Part shown: piece by piece, positions 1-10,092 of the stretch | Numbering within the stretch: position 1 is the first letter of the stretch | Layout of the letters: the number at the start of each line of letters is the position of its first letter | Source of the DNA: Candidatus Poribacteria bacterium | GTDB taxonomy: Bacteria > Poribacteria > WGA-4E > WGA-3G | Direction of reading: 5' to 3' | Assembly (NCBI GenBank): GCA_965205015.1 | Contig: OZ242029.1 | Coordinates: 2,880,001-2,944,000, forward strand | Length of the DNA stretch: 64,000 bases | The notes under the pieces: generated by a model | Databases searched by the model: none | What the model saw: the letters and a program-made list of their open reading frames with translations, nothing else | What the model was told of the DNA's origin: nothing | Made by a program: the position numbers and the translations under genes

Positions 1-1725
1 AGAACTATTGCTTGGGGTTATCCTCATTTTGCTGCGGCAGCAGCAAGGGGTAAAGCAATGATCTACGATGAATGCTTAGATGAACCTGAACCTGAAACTG
101 CCTACACAGTTCTTCAAGATTTTGTGTCAAAAGTGGGTCCTTCACCGATAATCGAGGAAGAACAAGCAGTCATATATTTACATCAGGAACGCTACAGAGA
201 AGCACTCAGTATTTACGAACGTATTCTTTCCCATTGGCATCCACCGTCAGGACAATTAGATGTGATGCCTGCAGAGGCATGTCGCCGAGCTGCTATGTGT
301 GCTGCACATTTGGATGATTGGAAGAAGGCATCTGTCTTTTTTGAAGATGCTGCTAAAAGAACTGAAAATATTGAGAATACCGAAAGACATATTAGTTTTT
401 ATGTGGATGCAGGATTTGCTCACTTTAAAGCAGGCAATATGTTCAATTGTATAAAACTGCTGCATCTGGCGTTGCAAAATTTTGAAAGACTGCCTCAAGA
501 CAATACAAATGTCAAATATTTTACTTTAAAGAAACGTTTAGAGCACACCATAAAATGGATAAAAACGATATGGTGTGAGTCGGAAGATAATTCTCCAAAA
601 CTTTTTGAACCCCCTGTAGGTTTTTGTAGCGACCCGGCGACAAAAGAAGAGATTCTAACTCTTCCTGACTGTCCAACAGGATACGCTTGGCTCCATCTAT
701 CACAAATTGAGTACAGATTTGGGCATGAGACGACAGTTTTCCAACACGCTCTGCAAACCACAGACCGAAAAGAATATCCGATATTGAATTTCTTCCTTTC
801 TTTCCTTGAAGCACAATATGAATTTAGAAACAAAACTTTTGATAATCTGCCACAACGTATTTATCAGTTAGCATTAGTATATAGGGCGAGCAAAAAGCAT
901 CAGCAAAGTGGAAGAAGTGCTGCAGAAAAAGGATCTTATTCTATATCTGACTCCGATCTCTCCGGCTTCGCTTCTGTTGATAACATCATTGCAATTTTTG
1001 TTGCAGCACTTGTTGTTAAAATGCGGACAAACAGAAATGAACAGGATATTTTGGCTAAATGGCGCACAAATTCGTCTGAACTACCTATTAAAGAGAATAT
1101 CTACTCCGCCCTTGATTTAATTGAATCCATATTGTTGGGGGATTATAATAATGCTCTTATAGTGATGAAAGCACAAGATTCTAAACCTGAAGAATGTCTT
1201 GCAGCAGCATTAAAGATTATTCATAATACCGAAACGAGCTCAGAAAATCTCTTTCATGCACATGCGCTCATTGCCCCTTATTTGGTTAGTAGTCTAATAT
1301 GGTTAGATTCCTTTGAAACAGGTTTAGCAAAACTTCTTTCTGTCCAATGGCTTAAAAAAATAAAATTTCGGGCGACGTTGAAAACACCTATGATTACAGT
1401 ACCCCAAATAGAACAAGCCTGTAACAGCAGTGAGACAGGCAAGAAAAAAATTGGACAGATTCTGCTTGCAGTACATCAAGCTGTCTCAGTCAGAGTCGCA
1501 CCCGAAACTCTACAGCAGCTGCGCAGTTGGGCAGAATTGGAATCAAAGCAGAGACAGGAACCCGAAAGAAGAAAAAATCCCGCTGCACAACGCCTCATCA
1601 AAGCGATGGAAAAACCACCCCATCTCACCGATGAAGACATTGATGCCCTGAACCAATCAATAAAAGAGGGGGAAATACCGATAAAGTTTGATTCACCCTT
1701 TGATTCGGATGAAAGTGATAAATAA
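1..1725 (+). CDS. Large TPR/helical-repeat protein, 5'-truncated by the window edge, with an antitoxin-like C-terminal tail
   Basis: Frame is open from base 1 (RTIAWGYPHF...). TPR-like helices (AVIYLHQERYREALSIYE; AGFAHFKAGNMFNCIKLL). Last ~55 aa (KNPAAQRLIKAMEKPPHLTDEDIDALNQSIKEG...) resemble small antitoxins found before PIN genes. Stop overlaps the next start (TAATG). Confidence 0.7.
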   Translation, partial: RTIAWGYPHFAAAAARGKAMIYDECLDEPEPETAYTVLQDFVSKVGPSPIIEEEQAVIYLHQERYREALSIYERILSHWHPPSGQLDVMPAEACRRAAMCAAHLDDWKKASVFFEDAAKRTENIENTERHISFYVDAGFAHFKAGNMFNCIKLLHLALQNFERLPQDNTNVKYFTLKKRLEHTIKWIKTIWCESEDNSPKLFEPPVGFCSDPATKEEILTLPDCPTGYAWLHLSQIEYRFGHETTVFQHALQTTDRKEYPILNFFLSFLEAQYEFRNKTFDNLPQRIYQLALVYRASKKHQQSGRSAAEKGSYSISDSDLSGFASVDNIIAIFVAALVVKMRTNRNEQDILAKWRTNSSELPIKENIYSALDLIESILLGDYNNALIVMKAQDSKPEECLAAALKIIHNTETSSENLFHAHALIAPYLVSSLIWLDSFETGLAKLLSVQWLKKIKFRATLKTPMITVPQIEQACNSSETGKKKIGQILLAVHQAVSVRVAPETLQQLRSWAELESKQRQEPERRKNPAAQRLIKAMEKPPHLTDEDIDALNQSIKEGEIPIKFDSPFDSDESDK

Positions 1726-2141
1726 TGAATAAGTATCTCTTGGATACATCAACATGCAGTTTGTTGATGCAGGATATTCCCGGAGTAAAAAAGCGTTTGA
1801 ATTCGCTAACTGAGTCGGACTACCATTTTACTTGTCCCATCGTTAAGGGAGAAATTCTATTCGGAATTGGTCGGCTACCTTCCGGGAAAAGACGACAAGA
1901 TCTCGAACAAAGGGCAAATGAACTATTTGCTACGGTCCCATGCGACCCAATTCCAGAGAGGGTTGGCAATGTCTATGCACAGATAAAAATTGCGGCGCAA
2001 GAACAAGGAACATCTTTAAGTGAATGCGACCTTTGGATTGCTGCGACAGCTTTAGCTCTTGATGCAATTCTGGTTGCTTCCGATTCTGATTATGAAAGAA
2101 TAGTTAGATTAGGGCTTCGTTTGGAAGATTGGAAAAATTAA
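1725..2141 (+). CDS. vapC: PIN-domain (VapC-like) ribonuclease toxin
   Basis: 138 aa; YLLDTS, GEILFG, CDLWIAATA, VASDSDY give the PIN acidic quartet pattern. Confidence 0.88.
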   Translation: MNKYLLDTSTCSLLMQDIPGVKKRLNSLTESDYHFTCPIVKGEILFGIGRLPSGKRRQDLEQRANELFATVPCDPIPERVGNVYAQIKIAAQEQGTSLSECDLWIAATALALDAILVASDSDYERIVRLGLRLEDWKN

Positions 2142-2192
2142 CGAAAGAGATGTTTCATTTTAATAGCACAGATAAACTGAAAGGAAACGCGC

Positions 2193-3836
2193 ATGCCCAC
2201 ACTCGAATTTAAAGGAAAACAACACATCTACGCCCACCACCTCACCGTCCCCTACCGACCCCTCGAACCCGACGAAACCCGCTCCTGCAACCCGACCGAC
2301 ACAGACGACAATCTCATCATCCACGGCGACAATCTACACGCCCTCAAAGCATTACTTCCACGCTACGCAAACCGTATCAAGTGCATCTACATTGATCCAC
2401 CCTACAACACCGGCAACGAAGGCTGGGTCTACAATGACAACGTAAACAGTCCAGTGATGCAGCAATGGCTTACAGAGAACGCACCCATTGATAACGAAGA
2501 TTTAGAACGGCATGACAAATGGCTCTGTATGATGTGGCCGAGGTTACATCTTTTCAAAGAACTGCTTTCGGACGATGGTGTAATCTTCATCTCCATTGAT
2601 GATAACGAACAACATCACCTGCGGATGCTGATGAATGAGATTTTTAAAGAGGGAAACTTTAGAAATGTAATCAGTGTTCGCCGCGGTATCAAAAATGTTC
2701 AAGCCCAATTTGAGTATGTAGATCGCCTTAATGTGGGTTCGGAATATATACTTTTTTTCAGCAAATCCGCTGATATGAGGTTTCCGCATTTGACCGTTGA
2801 TATCGATGAAGATAAAGCTGGAAGTTGGAATAATCATTGGCGCGGCACCGATAGACCGACAATGCGATATGAGTTAATGGGAATAATCCCCGAAACAGGT
2901 CAGTGGAGATGGGAGAGACAAAGAAGTCTGAATGCCATAGAAAATTATAAACGTCTACTTGACGAATGTGGACCCAATCCTACTCAAGCCGAAATTGATG
3001 AATGGTGGTTTGCGCAATCACCTCAGAAGCCTGATTTATTGCGAAGGTCAACGACAAATCGACCCGAACACTTCGTTCCTCCATCAGATAAACGAATATT
3101 GAGTTCGCTCTGGACTGATTTGATTGTTAATGAGTCTTCCTCCTTAATGAGAGCATTAGATATTGAATTTCCAAATCCAAAGCGTACAGATCTAATAAAA
3201 CGAATTATTGATTACGCAACCGTGAGTGATGAAAACGCTATTGTTCTTGACTCATTCGCTGGTAGCGGCACGACTGCCCACGCTGTCCTATCCCTCAACA
3301 AAGAAGATAACGGCAATCGAAAGTTTATTCTCATTGAGTGCGAAGATTATGCCGACACTATCACTACAGAACGCGTTCGTCGTGTTATCAACGGTGTTCC
3401 CGAAGCACGTGACGAGGCACTGCGCGAAGGTTTAGGAGGCTCTTTTACCTACTGCACCTTGGGTGAACCGATTGAGGTAGAGACGATGCTCACCGGAGAG
3501 GCATTGCCCTCGTATGCAGCACTTGCCGCCAATCTGTTGTATACCACTTCTGGTGTTTCCGTCGGATCAGATAAATTAGAGTCGGAAAATGAGGATGGAC
3601 TTTTTCATAGCGATGACAAAAATGATTACTATCTGCTCTATGAACCCGACCTTGAATATCTACGCAGCAACAAAGCGATACTCAATCTGGAGCGCGCGGA
3701 ACGTATTCGCAATGCCAGTCATGAAAACGGTAGAAAAGCAATCGTCTACGCAGCAGGAAATTACATCGGTCAGCGTGAGCTCACAAAAATGGGTATTATG
3801 TTTTGTCAACTCCCCGATGCCCTGCATGAAAGATAA
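2193..3836 (+). CDS. mod: Type III restriction-modification-like adenine DNA methyltransferase (Mod)
   Basis: IHGDNL, IYIDPPYNTG (motif IV) before VLDSFAGSGTT (motif I), beta-class order; directly upstream of res; RBS AAGGA. Confidence 0.9.
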   Translation: MPTLEFKGKQHIYAHHLTVPYRPLEPDETRSCNPTDTDDNLIIHGDNLHALKALLPRYANRIKCIYIDPPYNTGNEGWVYNDNVNSPVMQQWLTENAPIDNEDLERHDKWLCMMWPRLHLFKELLSDDGVIFISIDDNEQHHLRMLMNEIFKEGNFRNVISVRRGIKNVQAQFEYVDRLNVGSEYILFFSKSADMRFPHLTVDIDEDKAGSWNNHWRGTDRPTMRYELMGIIPETGQWRWERQRSLNAIENYKRLLDECGPNPTQAEIDEWWFAQSPQKPDLLRRSTTNRPEHFVPPSDKRILSSLWTDLIVNESSSLMRALDIEFPNPKRTDLIKRIIDYATVSDENAIVLDSFAGSGTTAHAVLSLNKEDNGNRKFILIECEDYADTITTERVRRVINGVPEARDEALREGLGGSFTYCTLGEPIEVETMLTGEALPSYAALAANLLYTTSGVSVGSDKLESENEDGLFHSDDKNDYYLLYEPDLEYLRSNKAILNLERAERIRNASHENGRKAIVYAAGNYIGQRELTKMGIMFCQLPDALHER

Positions 3837-3840
3837 AGTA

Positions 3841-3860
3841 GTAGGCACACTCCGTGTGCC
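3841..3860. repeat. REP-like GTAG-hairpin
   Basis: GTAG followed by the stem GGCACAC-TCC-GTGTGCC, between mod and res. Confidence 0.55.
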
Positions 3861-3882
3861 GTGAACATAAGGTAATAGAAAC

Positions 3883-6465
3883 ATGTTAGAATTAAAGGAG
3901 TATCAGCGCGGTGCCCTTGACGCTTTGGTTCGTTGGTTAGAGGCGCTTGAAGACGCACAGCATGATTTAGATACTATGATTGAGGCGTTGGAACGGACAC
4001 CGGTTGATATTCCAATTCCTGATGAGCTGCGCAATTATCCCAAGGCTGCATGGCAAAGATTAAGAGAAACCGGCGGTGTCGCGGCAACTGCAGGCGAACA
4101 CGTTGACCGCACCGACGATGCAAACCGCTCCATTCCACATATCTGTTTCAAAGTGCCAACAGGGGGCGGTAAGACCCTACTCGCTGCCGCTGCATTGGAA
4201 CGTCTCCCTTGGCACCGTGGTTTAGTGCTGTGGGTTGTCCCAAGCAAGGCGATCTATGCACAGACGAGAGCCGCCTTGTGGGATAAGCAACACCCCTACC
4301 GTAAAATGTTGAACCGGGCGAGTGCAGGTCGCGTCAAGATGTTGGAAAAGGAGGATACCTTCAACAGAGACGATATCGCCAATTACCTCTGTGTCATGCT
4401 GCTCATGCTCCCAGCAACGAACCGACAAAGAGGCAGGGAGTTTCTCCGTATGTTCCGAGATTCCGGACGTTATCCCAGTTTTTACCCCGACAGCGATGAT
4501 ATCTTCGGCAATACCCGTCTGCTAAATGAATATCCTGATCTGGAGTGCCACACAGAAGGCGGACTCGTCAAACAGAGTCTATTCAACGTGTTTAAAATGC
4601 TACGTCCCGTCGTCATTCTGGACGAGGCGCATAAGGCATACGGCGCGCGAAATCGGCAAACAAACGAAGAATTCGCCAAATCCATCAACCGCCTTGATCC
4701 ACGAATGGTGATTGAACTCTCTGCCACACCCAACCGTGGCATCAGCAATCTACTTGTCGATATTGAGGGACCCGACCTGAAAAGAGAGGAGATGATTAAG
4801 TTACCGGTGCAGGTGACATCGTTTCCGAATGCCGAGTGGCAACTAACCCTCAGCCAAGCTGCTGACGAACTGGAACGCCTTGACACCGAGGCGCAATCGT
4901 ATGAGAACAGCACGGGGCGGTATATCCGTCCCATCGCCGTTGTGCGTGTTGAGCGGACTGGCAGGGATCAACGGGATAATGATCATGTCCATGCAGAGGA
5001 TGTCCGAGAGTATCTTACACAGAATTTGCGTGTGCCTTCGGATGCGGTTCGCGTCAAATCCGCCGAAAACGACGAACTCGGACGAGAAAATCTACTCTCG
5101 GAATATTCGCACGTGCGCTGGATAATCACGAAATCCGCCCTGATGGAAGGGTGGGATTGCCCATTCGCCTATCTCTTGGTAATGCTGGACAATACCCAAG
5201 CACAGCGGGCAATTACGCAGCTCGTCGGACGCGTGATGCGGCAACCGCATGCCCAACTCACCGGTAGAGAAGTGCTGGATCAGTGCTACGTCTATTGCAA
5301 TAATGTTGATGTCGGCACGGTCGTCACTCAAGTTAAAAATGGATTGGAGTCGGAAGGATTAACGGGCTTGGGTGATGAAGTGATGGGCGCGTCGGATGCA
5401 CAACAAGGAAGGGAGCCGCAAGAAATCCAACAACAGACCGTCCAACGCCGTGAGCAATTCCGAGATCAGGATATCTACTTGCCCGTGGTCCGCCATAGAG
5501 ATGGCGATAGATGGGTTCAACTCAATTATCAGGCACATATCTTGCCGTATATAGATTGGTCAACGATAGAACCACCCGATCCGAGAGCATCCGCACCTGA
5601 GAATGTCCGACGGCAATCTGCCACGGTTGATGTTGATGAAGTTCTACCTGTTTTTCATACCGAACAAGAACCGTTCATTGAAAAGAAGATTAGCATTTCC
5701 GATTTTGCGCGGCGATTGTCCGACATTATGCCGAATCTCTGGGAAGCGGCTCGTATTGCAGTGCAGATGCACGAACGCCTTAAAGCGGATGGTGAAACTG
5801 AAGCGGACATCTACGATAGGCGTTCTTACCTTGCACACGTTCTGCGGGAACATGTAAAGAGTGAGGTAGAAAAGCAGGCAGAGCAGGTCTTTCGTAGAAA
5901 ACTTGATCAGGATGAAATTCGCTTTGACTTGGAGACACGAGAACCCAACTATCGGATGGTAGATAGTTACAAGGTACAGGTTGGCTCTGATGATAGACCT
6001 CTATTAGGAAGAGATTATGAACCTGTGCAGTTAAGCCTATTTGAGCCAGTTTTTGAGCAACAATTCGATAGTGAATTGGAAAGGAAATTTGCCTACTACC
6101 TTGACGAAGAAAGAGCACTACAATGGTGGCATCGGGTCGCGGCGCGTCAACGGGGTGAGTATTACCTACAAGGCTGGAAACGCGGGCGCATCTATCCTGA
6201 TTTCGTTGCAATGGCAAACGAAATTGACGGCGTGACACACGTCCTAATTTTTGATACAAAAGGTGAACACCTTGCAGGCAACCTTGACACCGAGTACAAG
6301 CGAAAAGTGTTAGAAACGCTTGAAGGGGCATTCAACACTGCCGGTAGGATGGTGGTGCGGGAGGGACCGAGGCGGCAAGGCATCTTTCAATTGGTGTTCA
6401 GCGATCAGGAATTTCTGGAGATAACCGCCCGATTGGATATTCAGGCGTATGCTACGAGTCGGTAG
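3883..6465 (+). CDS. res: Type III restriction endonuclease/helicase subunit (Res)
   Basis: Walker A VPTGGGKT, DEAH, SATP, EGWDCP, QLVGRVMR; C-terminal YPDF...FDTKG PD-(D/E)xK nuclease motif. Confidence 0.9.
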   Translation: MLELKEYQRGALDALVRWLEALEDAQHDLDTMIEALERTPVDIPIPDELRNYPKAAWQRLRETGGVAATAGEHVDRTDDANRSIPHICFKVPTGGGKTLLAAAALERLPWHRGLVLWVVPSKAIYAQTRAALWDKQHPYRKMLNRASAGRVKMLEKEDTFNRDDIANYLCVMLLMLPATNRQRGREFLRMFRDSGRYPSFYPDSDDIFGNTRLLNEYPDLECHTEGGLVKQSLFNVFKMLRPVVILDEAHKAYGARNRQTNEEFAKSINRLDPRMVIELSATPNRGISNLLVDIEGPDLKREEMIKLPVQVTSFPNAEWQLTLSQAADELERLDTEAQSYENSTGRYIRPIAVVRVERTGRDQRDNDHVHAEDVREYLTQNLRVPSDAVRVKSAENDELGRENLLSEYSHVRWIITKSALMEGWDCPFAYLLVMLDNTQAQRAITQLVGRVMRQPHAQLTGREVLDQCYVYCNNVDVGTVVTQVKNGLESEGLTGLGDEVMGASDAQQGREPQEIQQQTVQRREQFRDQDIYLPVVRHRDGDRWVQLNYQAHILPYIDWSTIEPPDPRASAPENVRRQSATVDVDEVLPVFHTEQEPFIEKKISISDFARRLSDIMPNLWEAARIAVQMHERLKADGETEADIYDRRSYLAHVLREHVKSEVEKQAEQVFRRKLDQDEIRFDLETREPNYRMVDSYKVQVGSDDRPLLGRDYEPVQLSLFEPVFEQQFDSELERKFAYYLDEERALQWWHRVAARQRGEYYLQGWKRGRIYPDFVAMANEIDGVTHVLIFDTKGEHLAGNLDTEYKRKVLETLEGAFNTAGRMVVREGPRRQGIFQLVFSDQEFLEITARLDIQAYATSR

Positions 6466-6482
6466 TCAGGGCGTTGTGTATT

Positions 6483-6541
6483 TGTAGCGTAAACTGTTAG
6501 TCTGCGTGCTTAAGAGGCACAATCTAACAGATTATGCTACA
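6483..6541. repeat. Long imperfect palindrome (REP-like; possible terminator of mod-res)
   Basis: TGTAGCGTAAACTGTTAG...CTAACAGATTATGCTACA; the right arm recurs at ~38692-38709. Confidence 0.55.
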
Positions 6542-6757
6542 ACTGGCAATTTGCGTTAATTATTGATATTTTTAACACTTTTTTTGGCTTAATTGTGAAA
6601 AAAGGGTTATAATAGTCACAGGAAATAGGGGATGCCTATGGGTAGAGACACTCTATGAAGCATTTGACATACTCCGCCGAATGAATTCACGGATTTAGAC
6701 TCGGAAAATTGATAATGTGAATTCAATAGAGGTTGAACTCATATCAAGGAGACAAAA

Positions 6758-6916
6758 ATGGAACGGAAAATCAATAAATGGACCGTTCGCTGTTTGGCAG
6801 GTTTTGCGATTGCCAGCATAGTCTTTCTACTGGTTACATTTTTGGGTTTTAATGCAATGGTGCTTTCTGTCGTGGGTGTGATGCTCTTTACATCTATCGC
6901 TAAGCGTTACGCTTGA
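6758..6916 (+). CDS. Small two-TM membrane protein (52 aa), below the ORF-track cutoff
   Basis: RBS AAGGAG, then ATG at 6758; MERKINKWTVRCLAGFAIASIVFLLVTFLGFNAMVLSVVGVMLFTSIAKRYA; TATAAT at 6608-6613 upstream. Confidence 0.6.
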   Translation: MERKINKWTVRCLAGFAIASIVFLLVTFLGFNAMVLSVVGVMLFTSIAKRYA

Positions 6917-7000
6917 CGTATTTCAACCATCTCGCGACGCTAAAGCCATTGAATCCACTTGATGCATTTTTTATGTCAAAGGGTTACGATAGCAATCCGA

Positions 7001-7186
7001 TTATTTTCCTCTGGAAAGTGCGCTGATGACATACCATAGAAGCGTAGCGACGCTACTGTGTCGATGATTTGCCGACTTTGAACGTTTAGAGTGAATGCTA
7101 CCGTGCCGACGTCCCGCCGCGTTGTAGAGTGCAGTCCTTCTCACGCTGATCAGTTTTGCCACACTTTTCTTTGTCAGTTTCGACAT
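7001..7186 (-). CDS. Small basic hypothetical protein
   Basis: 61-aa ORF with GAGG RBS; no recognisable domain. Confidence 0.35.
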   Translation of the reverse strand: MSKLTKKSVAKLISVRRTALYNAAGRRHGSIHSKRSKSANHRHSSVATLLWYVISALSRGK

Positions 7187-7320
7187 TCCAAATACCTCTA
7201 AACATTTCCAATTTGCAGAAGTTTAACGAAAAAAACGCTTGCTCGGTACAAATAATAAATCCTTAGACTGATTTTCTATGTCCGAAACTACTAATTGCGA
7301 AATTGTGGTCTGAATAAACG

Positions 7321-7512
7321 GTGGCACTTCAAAGATACCTATTACACCTGCCATTCTGTGATATTTTTGTTTCAGATGATGACGACTTAAGAACAATATG
7401 TAAAAGTATAAACTATGCATATTTTGACAGGTTAAATCTTAAACCAGAAGGGTTTCAAAAATTTCACCCAAAAATAATGACAGCAAAAGAATTATTGGCA
7501 CAGATAAACTAA
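7321..7512 (+). pseudogene. 3' remnant of a PIN-like protein gene
   Basis: YLLHLPFCDIFVSDD resembles the C-terminal PIN-like motif of 48741..49823 (YLYYAIDANVTFISSD); in-frame stop just upstream; flanked by 18-bp direct repeats. Confidence 0.4.
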
Positions 7513-7610
7513 ATGTCGGAGGCTGATTATACTTCGGAAAAATAACCTAATACAAAATGTTATATCAGATTTAACCCATCCCAAAACTACTAATTGCGAA
7601 AAAATTAGCG

Positions 7611-8831
7611 ATGTTTGACAGTTTAACTGAACTCATTGAGAAGATATATCTCGGCGAGGATGCAACGATTGAATTTAAAAGGGAGTTGCCCCACAGAAAT
7701 AGCCTTGCCGACGAGATCGCCGCTTTTGCCAACGCTAAAGGCGGTGTGATCCTCATCGGAATTGGTGACAATAGTGAGATCGTTGGAATAGACCGGCAGG
7801 CACTCAATGAAGCGGAAAAAACGGTCGTCGAAATATGCCAAGACAGCATTGATCCAATAGTTCTCATCTTTACAGAAAAACTGCGGATTACTGACAAAAA
7901 TCTGTTAAAAATAGAGGTGCCGAGGAGTCTGTTTGTCCACAAAACCTCTAACGGCTACTTCATTCGTCAAGGAAGTAGCAAAAGGGAAATGCCCACCGAG
8001 CAGTTAGCGCGCTTATTCCAAACCCATTCGCAGGCACGTGTTGTCGCTTTCGATGAACAGTTCGTGCCGAATACGCATAAAGACACGTTAAGAAAAGACC
8101 TCTATCAACGATTTATCACAGAAGGTGCGGTTGAGGAGGACGAGATAGAAGACCTCCTGCTTAAAAGGCGTTTACTGGTCAAGGAAGGCGAGCAGAACCG
8201 CGCCTCTGTAGCCGGAGTCTTGATGTGTCATGAGAGACCGGACGATTACCTCTATAATAGTTTTATTCAGGCTGTTTATTACAACAGTAAGGAAAAAGAT
8301 GCGAACTACCAACTTGATGCCAAGGATTTCAAAGGACCACTCGATCAACAAATCATGCAAACCATGAAATTTGTTGAAAGATACAACGCAGTAGCGGCAC
8401 GGAAGGATATCGGCAGAATAGACCTTCCAGAATATAGCATGCGAGCCGTTTTTGAGGCAGTGGTTAACGCTGTTGTGCATAGAGATTATTCGAAAACAGG
8501 TTCCAAAATTCGCCTGTTTATGTTCGCCGATCGATTGGAACTTTATTCGCCAGGGGCATTGGCAAATACAGTGACGGTAGACAATTTACGCTACAGCCAA
8601 TCTACACGGAATGAACTCCTCGCTCGGTTACTCTCGGAAATTACGCTCGACGATGACATAGGCAAACAAGTCGTACGCCGACATTTTTTAGAACGCCGCG
8701 GGGAAGGGGTCGGCATCATCTTGAACGAAAGCGAAACTCTCAGTGGAAAAATACCTATATACGAACTGTTTGACGAGGAATTGCGTTTGACAATTTTCGC
8801 CGCAAAACCGCCACCAGTAACGGAGGGATAG
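7611..8831 (+). CDS. Schlafen/AlbA_2 domain + HATPase_c_4-type protein
   Basis: GEDATIEFKRE, IAAFANAKGGVILIGI, EAVVNAVVHRDY, LELYSPG, ERRGEG. Confidence 0.85.
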   Translation: MFDSLTELIEKIYLGEDATIEFKRELPHRNSLADEIAAFANAKGGVILIGIGDNSEIVGIDRQALNEAEKTVVEICQDSIDPIVLIFTEKLRITDKNLLKIEVPRSLFVHKTSNGYFIRQGSSKREMPTEQLARLFQTHSQARVVAFDEQFVPNTHKDTLRKDLYQRFITEGAVEEDEIEDLLLKRRLLVKEGEQNRASVAGVLMCHERPDDYLYNSFIQAVYYNSKEKDANYQLDAKDFKGPLDQQIMQTMKFVERYNAVAARKDIGRIDLPEYSMRAVFEAVVNAVVHRDYSKTGSKIRLFMFADRLELYSPGALANTVTVDNLRYSQSTRNELLARLLSEITLDDDIGKQVVRRHFLERRGEGVGIILNESETLSGKIPIYELFDEELRLTIFAAKPPPVTEG

Positions 8832-8840
8832 TAAAAGATA

Positions 8841-9983
8841 ATGCCTATAGGTCTGTTCAAAATCACAGCCGTTGAAAGTCAACTCTACGAATGGGACAAG
8901 CCACCGATTTGGAACGGTATGCACGTCTATGATAAAGGCAGACTCCATCTGGTTAAAGTTACCGCCCAAAATGGTAATGACACATTCGTTGGATACGGCT
9001 TCAATGGCGGAACCGCCGCGACGCGTCCTCTCCACCTGTTTCCAATGTTTGTAGATCTGTTCCGTCCCACCCTGATTGGGCGAGATGTAACGGATACCGC
9101 TTACGTCTCTCGGTTAGCCGAGAACTACAAAATCTACGGACCCGGTGGCTATCATACGCAGGTTTTGGCGGCGATAAACCAAGCGTGTTGGGATATCCGC
9201 GGGAAGATAGAAGAAAAATCCGTTCACGCGCTGCTTGGCGGCACGCAAGAACGGATCCGTACATACATTGCTGGTGGCTATTACGGTAGAGGTAAGGGAT
9301 TTGATGAACTTCGTGAGGAGATGACCCGCAACATAAACGAATTCAATGCCACCGCAGTCAAGATGAAGATTGGAGATCCAGCCGCTGGACTTGAGACGGA
9401 CATCAAACGGATTGAGGCAGTCCGCGAGACCGTCGGGCCCGATACAACCCTAATGGTGGACGCGAATTGTGCATGGTCGGTTGAGAAGGCATGTGAATGT
9501 CTTCCGGCGCTTCAAGCAAACGACATTTTCTGGTTTGAAGAACCAATCCACAGCCATGACTACAGGGGACATAAGGCACTTCGCGAGATCGCACAAGATT
9601 ATGGGATACAAATTGCCACCGGCGAAAATGGATACGGGTTACACCATTTCCAAACGCTCATTGATTATGAAGGCGCGGACGTTTTCAATCTGGATGTCGC
9701 TATCCTTCCCGGCTATGAACCAGCGGTGCAGGTAGTAGAGGCGGCATTAACAACTGAAAAGTTAATTGCCCCCCACGGGGCACAAGAATTGCAAATCCAT
9801 ATCGCTGCGAGCCGGGATAACGGCTTAATGTTAGAGTATTACCCACCTGCTGTCGATCCATTACGAGGTGAAATGTTTCTCCCAACGATGGTGTTAGAAC
9901 CCGATGGACATGTCACCGTTCCAACTCGACCCGGTATCGGTTTTGTTCCGAACTGGGAACTGCTCAAGCCTCACCGTCTGTAA
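8841..9983 (+). CDS. Mandelate racemase/muconate-lactonizing enzyme family (enolase superfamily)
   Basis: WDIRGK, KMKIG, LMVDAN, WFEEP, IATGEN, PHG, RPGIG. Confidence 0.9.
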   Translation: MPIGLFKITAVESQLYEWDKPPIWNGMHVYDKGRLHLVKVTAQNGNDTFVGYGFNGGTAATRPLHLFPMFVDLFRPTLIGRDVTDTAYVSRLAENYKIYGPGGYHTQVLAAINQACWDIRGKIEEKSVHALLGGTQERIRTYIAGGYYGRGKGFDELREEMTRNINEFNATAVKMKIGDPAAGLETDIKRIEAVRETVGPDTTLMVDANCAWSVEKACECLPALQANDIFWFEEPIHSHDYRGHKALREIAQDYGIQIATGENGYGLHHFQTLIDYEGADVFNLDVAILPGYEPAVQVVEAALTTEKLIAPHGAQELQIHIAASRDNGLMLEYYPPAVDPLRGEMFLPTMVLEPDGHVTVPTRPGIGFVPNWELLKPHRL

Positions 9984-10092
9984 CCGTATTCCCAATCCTT
10001 TCGTTACCTAATAATATTATGAAACCTATGTGATTCCACACAAGGTACCTACGACTGTTAACGGAATGCATTCCCGAAAGGAGGTCCATATA

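Noticed and set aside
5780-6331. 183-aa minus-strand ORF and the many similar 60-210 aa overlapping ORFs in the track
   Set aside because: They lie antisense or out of frame within well-supported genes and have no motifs or RBS.
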